NCBI GenBank assembly: GCA_965222155.1
Contig: CBDCTH010000012.1
Coordinates: 3,392,001 to 3,456,000, forward strand
DNA: 64,000 nucleotides
DNA from: Gammaproteobacteria bacterium
GTDB lineage: Bacteria > Pseudomonadota > Gammaproteobacteria > Eutrophobiales > Eutrophobiaceae
Reading direction: 5' to 3'
Shown here piece by piece: positions 41,018 to 50,350 of the stretch (position 1 is the first letter of the stretch; each line of letters opens with the position of its first letter). A program made the translations under genes and the position numbers. Under the pieces are notes generated by a model, which was not told where the DNA came from, searched no databases, and saw nothing but the letters and a program-made list of their open reading frames with translations.

Positions 41018-42070
41018 CTACGGTTCGACGTAGGTTTTCAACACATTCCATGCATGCCAGCCTTCCAGCAGGGCATCCGGATAACCACCAGCGGTTTCCT
41101 GCAATTCTTCAGGAGGAAGATACTTTCTTGGTAATGGAAAGGCCTCAACAACATCTTCATAGGCGACGCCGCTTTGCTTTAATCGATCCGTTTCCGAGAT
41201 CAGCTCGGCCAGGTACGTTTGAAATTTTATCATATGGGTTCTGATCCTGTTTTTCCCGACCAGTGCACCACCGTGACCGGGAATCATCACTTCAATGTCG
41301 AGCGCCTCGATGACCCTGGCCATGGTCTGAAGGTACTCCTGCGCGTGCCCTTCTATAACCCAGGGAATGCCCGTGGGGCCAAGAATGAGGTTCCCGGTCC
41401 AGGCGATTTTCTCTTTCGGCAGGTAAACGATGCTGTCACCAGGCCCGCAGCCCATTCCAAAATAGTGGAACTGGACAATTCGCCCGCCCAGGTCTAATTC
41501 CATGAACTCATCGAATACCTGATCAGGCAGTCTCTTGGGTGCGGCGGCGTAAACGGCGGGGTCATCCACCAGTGCAAGTAAAAATTTCTTCTCAAAATCA
41601 AAACGCGAATCTATCAAATCCCTGGTAATCCTGTGCGCAATTATGTGAGTTTCCTCTGGGAAGTAACCATTGCCGAAGGTGTGGTCACCATGATAGTTCG
41701 TGTTGAAAAGATAGTCGGGCACGTCGCGACCGGTGAGCGATTTCACGTTCGCCAGTATTTTCTTTGCCATATCCTCGTTGATGTGAGCATCTACCACAAG
41801 AATACTGTCGTCGCCGATAATAACACCTGAATTATCGACCGGCTTTCGTGTTGAGATCAATCCGTATACGCTAGGCGCGAATTCCTGAGGCCGTAATTCA
41901 ACCCCCTGGGGTTTGATTTTCACGCCATGTATTTGAGGTAAATTCGGCGGGATAATAATCATGTCCCTGTCTTTTGGATGTGCCGCTGTTGTGCCTGCAT
42001 CCTGCCCTGCCTGCGCCGTCGAAGTCAGTGCAAATACCGTAAAACACACGAAAGTTAAAAACAGTCTCAT
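41018..42070 (-). CDS. Secreted metallo-beta-lactamase-fold hydrolase
   Basis: Signal peptide from ATG 42070; NSG.IIG, NTNYHGDHTFGN and IPGHG. Confidence 0.85.
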   Translation of the reverse strand: MRLFLTFVCFTVFALTSTAQAGQDAGTTAAHPKDRDMIIIPPNLPQIHGVKIKPQGVELRPQEFAPSVYGLISTRKPVDNSGVIIGDDSILVVDAHINEDMAKKILANVKSLTGRDVPDYLFNTNYHGDHTFGNGYFPEETHIIAHRITRDLIDSRFDFEKKFLLALVDDPAVYAAAPKRLPDQVFDEFMELDLGGRIVQFHYFGMGCGPGDSIVYLPKEKIAWTGNLILGPTGIPWVIEGHAQEYLQTMARVIEALDIEVMIPGHGGALVGKNRIRTHMIKFQTYLAELISETDRLKQSGVAYEDVVEAFPLPRKYLPPEELQETAGGYPDALLEGWHAWNVLKTYVEP

Positions 42071-42188
42071 AAGCCCACCCCTGTGACAATCAACGAATAT
42101 AAAAGATACTACTCGGTACGATAACTGGCAAACGAATTGTTGCGCATATTGCCTGGTTTTTGTTGGCGGCAAAGACCGACTGCTTGGC

Positions 42189-42269
42189 AACAATCAGGGT
42201 CGGCAAACAATCAGAACAATAGAACAATCAGGGTCAGACCCAGCTAAGCGAGCCCTCGACCTGACCCCA
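42189..42269. repeat. Collapsed ends of the 281-bp element family
   Basis: AATCAGGGTC-AGACCCAGCTAA joins the left- and right-end motifs; short AACAAT tandem; GACCTGACCCC. Confidence 0.6.
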
Positions 42270-42299
42270 CACGCTGTACCTTCTATTACGCTAAATACG

Positions 42300-42624
42300 A
42301 CATCTTCTGTAGCGACGCCGTGAATGTTGGTACTGATCAGGCAGCAATTCAGTAATCCTATCTAATCTCCAAACCCGGAAACCGTGATAATTGCCAGTTC
42401 ATCAGCATGCACTTTTTCCGGGGTCAGGTCAGCAAGTAGCTCACTCTCGGTATAAGGAAAACAAAACCTGCCTTTTTTCCTTGAGGCAGGTTCGATAAGC
42501 AATCCCTCCTCCGTCACATCTGTAACGACTTTGCCGCCAGCTTTGATTTTGGGCAAGGTTCCCATTACACCAGTCACGCGCAAGGCCAAGCTATTACGTC
42601 TTCAATTTTTCCGGTTTGAGTCAT
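42300..42624 (-). pseudogene. Decayed MazE/AbrB antitoxin plus MazF fragment
   Basis: MTQTGKIE, frameshift, NSLALRV...YTESELLADLTP; downstream GLLNCCLISTNIHG..TE resembles an internal MazF segment. Confidence 0.65.
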
Positions 42625-42635
42625 CCGATTTTTGC

Positions 42636-43763
42636 TCAGGACTTGCCCTTGATCTGCTTTCTTATCCACGTTGAAAGTTCGGGATCTTCTATAAGCCAGG
42701 CGCCCGACCATCTATCGACGACGCTTAAACCTGTAAGCCTTCTCAGCGCCGTTTGCACTTTGTCAATTGATAGAGATTCGCCACCCAGCGATTGCCCGAT
42801 TGCCTCGCGCGTGGCTTTGGAAAACGGCTTTTCGGCGCCGGTTGCAAGTTGGACTAGCGTGGCGCGTTGAATATCCGTCAGTTTCAACCATAGCTCCGCA
42901 TAACCTAATTTCTCCGCCATTTGCTCGCGTAAGACGAGAAGGCCGTTACTGATAGACAGGTCAGGCCTCAAAGTCAACAGTTCGATCAATGCGCGGAAGA
43001 AATAGGGATTTTTATGCAACTCGTCAAATGCTTTCAGCGCGGCACTACGGTTTATTTTTCGTTGAGTTACATTCTTGAATACCTTGAGTTGGTGGTCGAC
43101 GAAGCGTTCGTCAAGCGGCTCGAAATCTAGGGAGGTTCCAAAATGAAATAAAGGCGCTTCGGCTTCGCTGAACATTTCCTGCAACCCTTCACGAGAGGAA
43201 CCGGTAAAAATTGCCTTCAGACCAGTATCCCGGACGTCCAGGCTGGTGCGAAGAGAGGCGATCAGGTCCCGGTTGTTTTTATCTTTCGCAAGTTCCTGAA
43301 TCTCATCAAACAGGAGCAAGGTTGGTTTTTTTCTATTTTCTACACGGGCGAGAAGATCGTCGAGATACAAGATGAGTTCAGCGGGCGGTTTCCTTCCGAG
43401 AGAGGAAAGATCGATTTCCGCTTCCGCTTTGGCCTTGCCGAGCGGCGCCGAAAGTTTCAGCTTTGGTTTCAGCCTGGATGCAGCGCTGCCGATGCGTCCC
43501 GCCATGGTTTTTGCTTCTAACGCGGTTTCAAGGCTGTGCAACAGGAGCGCGAGCGGCGCGAGCGGGGCGCGCCAAAAGCTTACATAGACTACCTTATGGC
43601 CTTTTTTTTCGGCATACGGAGCCAGATCTTTTGTCAGAAACTCAGTTTTTCCGGTACGGCGAGGCGCAAACAAGGTCAGCGCTTTGGCAGGGCCTTCAAC
43701 AAGCGCGTTAAATGTCCGAGCAGCCAGGTTCTCACGGGGATAATGCCACGGATGTTCTTTCAT
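42636..43763 (-). CDS. P-loop ATPase with probable C-terminal winged helix
   Basis: APRRTGKT, LLFDEIQ, FTGSS; C-terminal VQTALRRL. Confidence 0.85.
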   Translation of the reverse strand: MKEHPWHYPRENLAARTFNALVEGPAKALTLFAPRRTGKTEFLTKDLAPYAEKKGHKVVYVSFWRAPLAPLALLLHSLETALEAKTMAGRIGSAASRLKPKLKLSAPLGKAKAEAEIDLSSLGRKPPAELILYLDDLLARVENRKKPTLLLFDEIQELAKDKNNRDLIASLRTSLDVRDTGLKAIFTGSSREGLQEMFSEAEAPLFHFGTSLDFEPLDERFVDHQLKVFKNVTQRKINRSAALKAFDELHKNPYFFRALIELLTLRPDLSISNGLLVLREQMAEKLGYAELWLKLTDIQRATLVQLATGAEKPFSKATREAIGQSLGGESLSIDKVQTALRRLTGLSVVDRWSGAWLIEDPELSTWIRKQIKGKS

Positions 43764-44004
43764 ATAGGCACTTATAGCACATATATCCTATATAGGAAAG
43801 ACATGCTATAAATGCCTATAAACCGTTTATCAACTTATTTGTTTATAGTTTAAAAAGGTAAGCTTGTGCTGGACGAGGCAAGCAGAACTACGGGGACGGA
43901 CCACTGCTTACTACATGCAGTGCCTGCCCCTGCGGAAGCAGGGGGGCATGCTTAAATCCCCTTGCAGAAGTATGCGGTTGCTCTGTGAAGTCAAAATATT
44001 CCAC

Positions 44005-44032
44005 TTGCATTTTTCCCCACAATCACTATATT
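44005..44032 (+). promoter_or_regulatory. Putative sigma70 promoter for the leu leader
   Basis: TTGCAT-16 bp-TATATT; leader ATG starts 7 nt after the -10 box. Confidence 0.5.
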
Positions 44033-44038
44033 AAATAT

Positions 44039-44122
44039 ATGGGTTTACATTATTTCTCATATCCTGTTTCAGCCAGCTTGCCGGCAGTCGCTTCCCTGCG
44101 CCTGCTCCTCCTGCCCTGCTAA
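44039..44122 (+). CDS. Leucine-rich leader peptide of leuA
   Basis: MGLHYFSYPVSASLPAVASLRLLLLPC*; four consecutive Leu codons, stop 81 bp before leuA. Confidence 0.75.
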   Translation: MGLHYFSYPVSASLPAVASLRLLLLPC

Positions 44123-44203
44123 GGGCGCTTAAACTACACACATCACAACACTTGTATTTTCTTAATTTACAGGCAAGATTTATCCTGAATCAGGAGCAGG
44201 ACC

Positions 44204-45736
44204 ATGACAGACAAATTAATTATCTTTGATACCACCTTGCGTGACGGCGAGCAAAGCCCCGGCGCGTCCATGACCCGTAGTGAGAAAATGCGCATAGCCA
44301 AGGCGCTGGAGAAATTGCGGGTGGACGTGATTGAGGCGGGCTTCCCGATTGCCAGCGGCGGGGATTTCGAGGCCGTCAGGTCGGTGGCGGAAATTATCAA
44401 AGACAGCACGGTTTGCGGCCTGGCGCGTACCGGCTACCAGGACATCGACGCGGCGGCAGAGGCGCTGAAACCGGCGCGCTCTGCGCGCATCCATACGTTT
44501 ATCGCCACTTCGCCCATCCATATGGAGCGAAAGTTGATGATGCAGCCGGACGAGGTGGTCGAGGCTGCGGTAAAGGCGGTAAAAAGGGCAAAAAAATATA
44601 CCGATGACGTCGAGTTTTCACCTGAGGATGCCGGTCGCTCGGAGCTCGATTTCCTGTGCCGGATCATCGAGGCGGTCATCGCCGCCGGCGCCACTACCGT
44701 CAACATCCCGGACACGGTGGGCTACAGCATCCCCACCCAGTTCGGGGAAACTATCGGCAGTATTATCGAGCGTGTTCCCAATTCCGATAAAGCGGTGTTT
44801 TCGGTACATTGCCACAACGACCTGGGCCTTGCCGTAGCCAATTCCCTGGCCGCAGTCATGCACGGCGCCAGGCAGGTGGAGTGCACCATCAACGGGCTGG
44901 GGGAGCGCGCGGGGAATGCCTCCCTGGAAGAGATTGTCATGGCAGTGAAGACACGCAAGGATTATTTCCCTTGCAGCACCGGGCTGGATACGACCGAGAT
45001 CGTGAACTGCTCAAAGCTGGTATCGAACGTGACGGGTTTCCCGGTACAGCCGAACAAGGCCGTGGTAGGCGCCAATGCCTTTGCCCATGAGGCCGGCATT
45101 CACCAGGACGGCGTGATCAAGAGCCGGGAGACCTACGAGATCATGCGCGCCCAGGACGTCGGCTGGTCAACCAACCGCCTGGTTCTGGGTAAACATTCGG
45201 GCCGCAATGCATTCCGCACCAGGTTAAAGGAAATCGGGTTTGAATTCTCCAGCGAAAAAGAACTGAATGACGCCTTTATCAAGTTCAAGGACCTGGCAGA
45301 CAAGAAACATGAAATTTATGATGAGGACCTCCAGGCTATCGTTACCGATAACATGCAGGGCGAGGAAGAAAAAATCAAGCTGGTGTCACTGAGGGTGGTA
45401 ACGGAAACTGGCGAGACGCCCCAGGCCGAATTGACCTTGTCCATTGACGGCGAGGAAACGCCGGGCATATCCGAGGGAGATGGTCCTGTCGATGCGGTTT
45501 TCAAGGCCATAGAGACTTTAGTGTCCAGCGGCTGTGAATTACAGTTGTTCTCGGTTAACAATATTACCGGTGGGACCGATTCCCAGGGAGAAGTGACGGT
45601 GCGCGTGAACAAAGACGGCCATGTCATAAATGGCCGGGGTTCGGATACGGACATCGTCACAGCGTCGGCAAAAGCGTATATCAACGCGATAAACCGGGCT
45701 TATTCGATCAGCAGCAAAATTCATCCCCAGGTATGA
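44204..45736 (+). CDS. leuA: 2-isopropylmalate synthase
   Basis: [36 protein letters not shown] and the regulatory domain. Confidence 0.97.
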   Translation: MTDKLIIFDTTLRDGEQSPGASMTRSEKMRIAKALEKLRVDVIEAGFPIASGGDFEAVRSVAEIIKDSTVCGLARTGYQDIDAAAEALKPARSARIHTFIATSPIHMERKLMMQPDEVVEAAVKAVKRAKKYTDDVEFSPEDAGRSELDFLCRIIEAVIAAGATTVNIPDTVGYSIPTQFGETIGSIIERVPNSDKAVFSVHCHNDLGLAVANSLAAVMHGARQVECTINGLGERAGNASLEEIVMAVKTRKDYFPCSTGLDTTEIVNCSKLVSNVTGFPVQPNKAVVGANAFAHEAGIHQDGVIKSRETYEIMRAQDVGWSTNRLVLGKHSGRNAFRTRLKEIGFEFSSEKELNDAFIKFKDLADKKHEIYDEDLQAIVTDNMQGEEEKIKLVSLRVVTETGETPQAELTLSIDGEETPGISEGDGPVDAVFKAIETLVSSGCELQLFSVNNITGGTDSQGEVTVRVNKDGHVINGRGSDTDIVTASAKAYINAINRAYSISSKIHPQV

Positions 45737-46497
45737 GGTTGACACCCCGGCAACATCATTATATTCAGGCCCTCGGCATCGAGGTATACAGGGTTCGAAA
45801 TACAGAGCATAAAGAACAGAGTCTAAAGGGGACAGATTTGAAATCTGTCCCCGGTCGTACACTGGATACCGGCGTGATTGACGAGGGCCATTCCGTTAGA
45901 GCAGGTGGGATTGCCGTGCAGCAGGGAGACGGGATGGCGCTTGACTGGGATGCATTGCGGCGTAAGGTGGCCGGGTGCCGCTTGTGTCAGCTGCATGAAG
46001 GCAGGACACAGACGGTGTTTGGGGTGGGTGACGTGAATGCGGACTGGATGCTGATCGGTGAGGCGCCGGGGGCCGAGGAGGACCGGCGCGGCGAACCCTT
46101 TGTCGGCAGGGCCGGAAAGTTACTTGATGCCATGCTTCAGGCGGTGGGTCTTGCCCGGGATGAGGTGTTCATTGCCAACATCCTCAAATGCCGCCCGCCC
46201 AATAATCGCGACCCCAGGCCCGAGGAAGTCCTGTCCTGCGAGAATTATCTCGTGCAACAGATAAACACCATTAAACCCAGGCTGATACTGGCCCTCGGCC
46301 GGGTTGCCGCCCAGAATCTGCTCAAGAGCGAAACCCCCATCGGAAAAATGCGCGGCAAGCGTTACCACTACGGTGATCCCCCCGTTCCGGTCGTGGTAAC
46401 ATATCACCCTGCCTACCTGTTACGTTCACCGCGGGAGAAAAAGAAATCCTGGCAGGATTTGCAGTTGGCAATGACGATATATAAAGAGCAATCGTGA
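45733..46497 (+). CDS. Family 4 uracil-DNA glycosylase with N-terminal extension
   Basis: C..C.L, GEAPG, PFVG.AG, KCRPP.NR.P, HPAYLLR. Confidence 0.93.
   Translation: MRLTPRQHHYIQALGIEVYRVRNTEHKEQSLKGTDLKSVPGRTLDTGVIDEGHSVRAGGIAVQQGDGMALDWDALRRKVAGCRLCQLHEGRTQTVFGVGDVNADWMLIGEAPGAEEDRRGEPFVGRAGKLLDAMLQAVGLARDEVFIANILKCRPPNNRDPRPEEVLSCENYLVQQINTIKPRLILALGRVAAQNLLKSETPIGKMRGKRYHYGDPPVPVVVTYHPAYLLRSPREKKKSWQDLQLAMTIYKEQS
45828..45852. repeat. REP-like palindrome GGGGACAG family (copy 4), inside the UDG ORF
   Basis: GGGGACAGATTTGAAATCTGTCCCC, read as GTDLKSVP. Confidence 0.9.
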
Positions 46498-46961
46498 GCG
46501 CAGCGCTGAATGATGTCCAACTGGATTTGCGACCTATGGTGGAAACCGATTTAAGTGGTATATTGCAGATTGAGTATGCGGCGTATGCGTTTCCGTGGAG
46601 CAGGAACATCTTCAAGGGTTGCTTGCGGGATGACTATTGCTGCCGGGTCGTGGAACTGGATGGGGATTTAGCCGGTTATGCGATCATGTCCATGGGCAAG
46701 GATGAGGCGCATCTCCTGAATTTGTGTGTGGACCCCGGACGACACAGGATGGGGCTGGGGGGCTATTTATTGAATTTCATGCTTGACTTCGCCCGAAAGA
46801 ACAAAGCCGAAACCACGTTTTTAGAGGTGCGTCCGTCCAATACGGCTGCGCGGGGGTTTTATGAAAGGCGCGGTTTTGTAGAAGTAGGGTTGCGCGCCAA
46901 TTATTATCCCGCCATGTTCGGCCGGGAAGACGCCATCATCATGGCTCGGGAAACGGTGTAA
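46494..46961 (+). CDS. rimI: Ribosomal protein S18 alanine acetyltransferase
   Basis: FPWS, EAHLLNL, LEVRPSN, G.R.NYY, REDAIIM. Confidence 0.95.
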   Translation: MSAALNDVQLDLRPMVETDLSGILQIEYAAYAFPWSRNIFKGCLRDDYCCRVVELDGDLAGYAIMSMGKDEAHLLNLCVDPGRHRMGLGGYLLNFMLDFARKNKAETTFLEVRPSNTAARGFYERRGFVEVGLRANYYPAMFGREDAIIMARETV

Positions 46962-46965
46962 GGCA

Positions 46966-47883
46966 ATGTCTGCGATAACGTCAGCCGGTGGCGGGGATTA
47001 TCCGACTATCGACTCCAGCATCGGCAATACCCCGCTGGTAAGACTGCAACGCCTGCCCGGCGCTACCACCAATACCATCCTGGCAAAGCTGGAAGGGAAT
47101 AACCCGGCAGGTTCGGTCAAGGACCGGCCCGCGTTGAGCATGATCCAACGGGCAGAATCACGCGGCGAAATCAAACCCGGCGATGTGTTGATCGAGGCGA
47201 CCAGCGGCAACACGGGTATCGCTTTGGCGATGGCGGCTGCCATTCGCGGCTACCGGATGATCCTGATCATGCCGGACAACCTGAGCGGTGAGCGCAGACG
47301 CACCATGCGGGCCTTCGGCGCCGAGCTTATACTGGTTACCAAGAAAGAAGGCATGGAAGGCGCCCGCGACCTGGCTGAGAATATGGAAAAAGAAGGGAAG
47401 GGGAGGATACTGGACCAGTTTGCCAACCCGGATAATCCGTTGGCCCACTACGAAGGTACCGGTCCGGAAATCTGGCGCGACACACAAGGCAGCGTGACCC
47501 ATTTTGTCAGTGCCATGGGCACGACAGGGACAATTATGGGGGTATCGAGATATTTAAAGGAAAAGAATGACCAGGTGCAAATCGTCGGGGTACAACCGGC
47601 AGGCGATGAAAATATCCCCGGCATCCGGCGCTGGCCGAAGGCGTATCTGCCCAGGATCTTCCAGAAAGAGCGGGTTGACAGAATAATTGACGTCACACCG
47701 GCGGAAGCGGAAGACATGACCCGGCGACTGGCGGATGAGGAAGGCATATTTGCAGGTATTTCCTCAGGCGGCGCCATATCCGCCGCATTGCGATTGTCCG
47801 GCGAAATAGAAAACGCCATTATCGTAGTTATCATCTGTGACCGCGGTGACCGCTATCTTTCCTCAACAGTCTTCCCGGATTGA
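46966..47883 (+). CDS. cysM: Cysteine synthase B
   Basis: NPAGSVKDR, MGTTGTIMG, IPGIRRW and ICDRGDRYLS. Confidence 0.96.
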   Translation: MSAITSAGGGDYPTIDSSIGNTPLVRLQRLPGATTNTILAKLEGNNPAGSVKDRPALSMIQRAESRGEIKPGDVLIEATSGNTGIALAMAAAIRGYRMILIMPDNLSGERRRTMRAFGAELILVTKKEGMEGARDLAENMEKEGKGRILDQFANPDNPLAHYEGTGPEIWRDTQGSVTHFVSAMGTTGTIMGVSRYLKEKNDQVQIVGVQPAGDENIPGIRRWPKAYLPRIFQKERVDRIIDVTPAEAEDMTRRLADEEGIFAGISSGGAISAALRLSGEIENAIIVVIICDRGDRYLSSTVFPD

Positions 47884-47942
47884 ATACCCACCACCATACC
47901 GGCGAAAGCCGGTATCCAGTGAATAGGCTACCCACATGAACT

Positions 47943-48725
47943 ATGAATACCCTCGTATTTGACATCGAAACCATCCCGGATCTGGCAAGCGGCCGGCGTC
48001 TGTACAACCTGGACGGTCTTCCGGACAGGGACACCGCGGAAGTTATGTTCAAAAACCGCCGCCAGGAGACGGATAACACCTCTGACTTCCTGCGCCTGCA
48101 CTTACACCGGGTGGTGGCGATCTCAGTCGTGCTGGCGACCCGCGATAATGTCAGTGTCTGGTCACTGGGCGCGCCGGAATCCGAAGAGGCGGAACTGGTA
48201 CAGCGTTTTTTTGACGGCATCGAAAAATATACGCCGACGCTGGTTTCCTGGAACGGGCGCGGTTTTGACCTTCCCGTACTGCATTATCGCTCATTGCTGC
48301 ACGGCATTCAGGCGCCGAGGTACTGGGAGACCGGCGATGAGGATCAGAGTTTTCGCTGGAATAATTACATCAACCGCTTTCACCAGCGCCATACGGACTT
48401 GATGGATGTACTGGCGGGGTATGAGTTTCGCGCCGCCGCGCCGTTGACAGAAATCGCTTCCATGCTGGGGTTCCCCGGAAAAATGGGGATGGCAGGAGAT
48501 AAGGTATGGGACTGCTACCTGGCCGGTGATATCGAGGTGATCCGCGCTTACTGTGAAACGGATGTCCTGAATACGTATCTCGTCTACCTGCGCTACCAGC
48601 TCATCTGCGGGCGTTATTCCGATCAGACCTTCCAGGCAGAATGTGATCGCCTGAAACAGGTGCTGGCAGGCGAAAACAAAGCGCACCTGACGGCATTTCT
48701 CGAAGCCTGGGAAAGTGCTGAATAG
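47943..48725 (+). CDS. PolB-related predicted 3'-5' exonuclease
   Basis: FDIET, SWNG.GFD, YCETDVLNTY; usual neighbour of cysM/rlmD. Confidence 0.9.
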   Translation: MNTLVFDIETIPDLASGRRLYNLDGLPDRDTAEVMFKNRRQETDNTSDFLRLHLHRVVAISVVLATRDNVSVWSLGAPESEEAELVQRFFDGIEKYTPTLVSWNGRGFDLPVLHYRSLLHGIQAPRYWETGDEDQSFRWNNYINRFHQRHTDLMDVLAGYEFRAAAPLTEIASMLGFPGKMGMAGDKVWDCYLAGDIEVIRAYCETDVLNTYLVYLRYQLICGRYSDQTFQAECDRLKQVLAGENKAHLTAFLEAWESAE

Positions 48726-48746
48726 CCTGTACAGGCTCAGATATCC

Positions 48747-48771
48747 GGGGACAGATTTCAAATCTGTCCCC
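48747..48771. repeat. REP-like palindrome GGGGACAG family (copy 5), between convergent genes
   Basis: GGGGACAGATTTCAAATCTGTCCCC. Confidence 0.9.
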
Positions 48772-48782
48772 GATCAGCAATA

Positions 48783-49766
48783 TCAATAGCGGGGGTTCTT
48801 TTCCCAGTTGTAACTGGTCCTGATGATAAACTCCGGATCATCATAACGGGGCTGCCAGCCCAACGTTTCCCGGGTTGAACTGCCGTCCGCGACCAGTTGC
48901 GGAGGGTCGCCGGGTCTTCGGCCTGTTTCCATTACAGGTATGGGACGACCATGCACTTGTTCCACCGCCCGCACCACTTCACGGACGCTGTAACCATGAC
49001 CATAGCCGCAATTCAGGGTGATTGAGCCTCCACCTGCTTCCAGGTAACGCAAAGCCAGGGTGTGTGCGGTAGCCAGGTCACTCACGTGGATGTAGTCCCT
49101 GACGCCGGTGCCGTCCGCTGTCGGGTAATCCGTGCCGTAAATATACAGCTGGTCGCGTTTGCCCAGAGCCGTTTCACAGGCAAGTTTGATCAACAGGGTA
49201 CAATCGGGTGTCGACTGTCCGATGCGACCGTCCGGGTCGGCTCCTGCCACGTTGAAATAGCGCAAGGAGGCATAGTTCAGCGGCGCCGTTCTGGATAAAT
49301 CCCTGAGCATGATCTCAGTCATGAGTTTGGACATTCCGTAAGGATTCACGGGTTCAATGGGGCTTTCAAGGCTGACCAGCCCCGCCTCCGGGATGCCGTA
49401 AACCGCGGCAGTGGAGGAGAATATAAAGTGCCTGACGCCGCATTCCACACAGGCTTCCATCAGGTTGCGGGACTTGACGGTATTGTTCTCGTAATACATC
49501 AAGGGTTTTTCAACGGATTCCGGTACGATGGTGGAACCGGCAAGATGCAATACCGCGCCTATATCATGCTTATCCAGCAACGCGGTAACGAGTCCCTTAT
49601 CGCCGACATCACCCTGGACCAGCTCACAATCGGTGACCGCCTCGGCGAAGCCCTTGGACAGGTCGTCCAGTATGATGACCTCGTAACCCTCCATGAGCAG
49701 GTCCAGGGCAACGTGGCTGCCGATGTAACCGGCGCCACCAGTCAGCAATACTACTTTATCACCCAT
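48783..49766 (-). CDS. galE: UDP-glucose 4-epimerase
   Basis: GGAGYIGSH, FSSTAAVYG, YG.SK, LRYFN and RDYIHV. Confidence 0.96.
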   Translation of the reverse strand: MGDKVVLLTGGAGYIGSHVALDLLMEGYEVIILDDLSKGFAEAVTDCELVQGDVGDKGLVTALLDKHDIGAVLHLAGSTIVPESVEKPLMYYENNTVKSRNLMEACVECGVRHFIFSSTAAVYGIPEAGLVSLESPIEPVNPYGMSKLMTEIMLRDLSRTAPLNYASLRYFNVAGADPDGRIGQSTPDCTLLIKLACETALGKRDQLYIYGTDYPTADGTGVRDYIHVSDLATAHTLALRYLEAGGGSITLNCGYGHGYSVREVVRAVEQVHGRPIPVMETGRRPGDPPQLVADGSSTRETLGWQPRYDDPEFIIRTSYNWEKNPRY

Positions 49767-49846
49767 GACAATCTTTCATGAAATAATCCATCCCTGCGGG
49801 AGCAGGAATCCACTACGCGACATCCACCTTAAAAACATGAACTCCC

Positions 49847-50338
49847 TCACTCAAACAAAATTACTTCACATCCTACCGCAACCAACTCAAACAACTCGAC
49901 CACGTCGCGGTTGCGCATACGTATGCACCCGGCTGAACCGGGCTCACCCATGGTTACATCGTCGGGTGCTCCGTGTATGTAAATGTAGCGGCTATAGGTA
50001 TCTACCGATCCGTCCCGGTTGACCCCGGGTTCTTCTCCGTGCAACCAGATAATCCGGGTGAGTATCCAGTCACGTCCGGGGTATTGCCGGCGCAGTTCCG
50101 GATTATATAGCTCGCCGGTGGCTTGCCTGCCGACAAACACCGTATTAGGCACGCACCCTGCGCCGATCATCTTTGCGATGCTGTGTCTGCCCCGGGGCGT
50201 ACGACCACTGTCAAGCTCCTCACCGCTGCCGTTTTTTCCGGTCGACACAGGGTATTCGCGGCTGACGCCTGCAGTTCCATGCAGTTGCAGAACCTGTCTG
50301 GCTAAGTCAATATAAATCTTGTAGTCAGTATGTCTCAT
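49847..50338 (-). CDS. L,D-transpeptidase family protein
   Basis: YPVSTG.NG, TP.G, IYIHG...S.GCIRM. Confidence 0.92.
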   Translation of the reverse strand: MRHTDYKIYIDLARQVLQLHGTAGVSREYPVSTGKNGSGEELDSGRTPRGRHSIAKMIGAGCVPNTVFVGRQATGELYNPELRRQYPGRDWILTRIIWLHGEEPGVNRDGSVDTYSRYIYIHGAPDDVTMGEPGSAGCIRMRNRDVVELFELVAVGCEVILFE

Positions 50339-50350
50339 TGATTTTGTACC

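Noticed and set aside
39931-41134. Two ORFs starting MRNITCQRLL (39931 and 40820)
   Set aside because: They are translations of the 281-bp repeat, diverge at its boundary and have no RBS or recognisable motif
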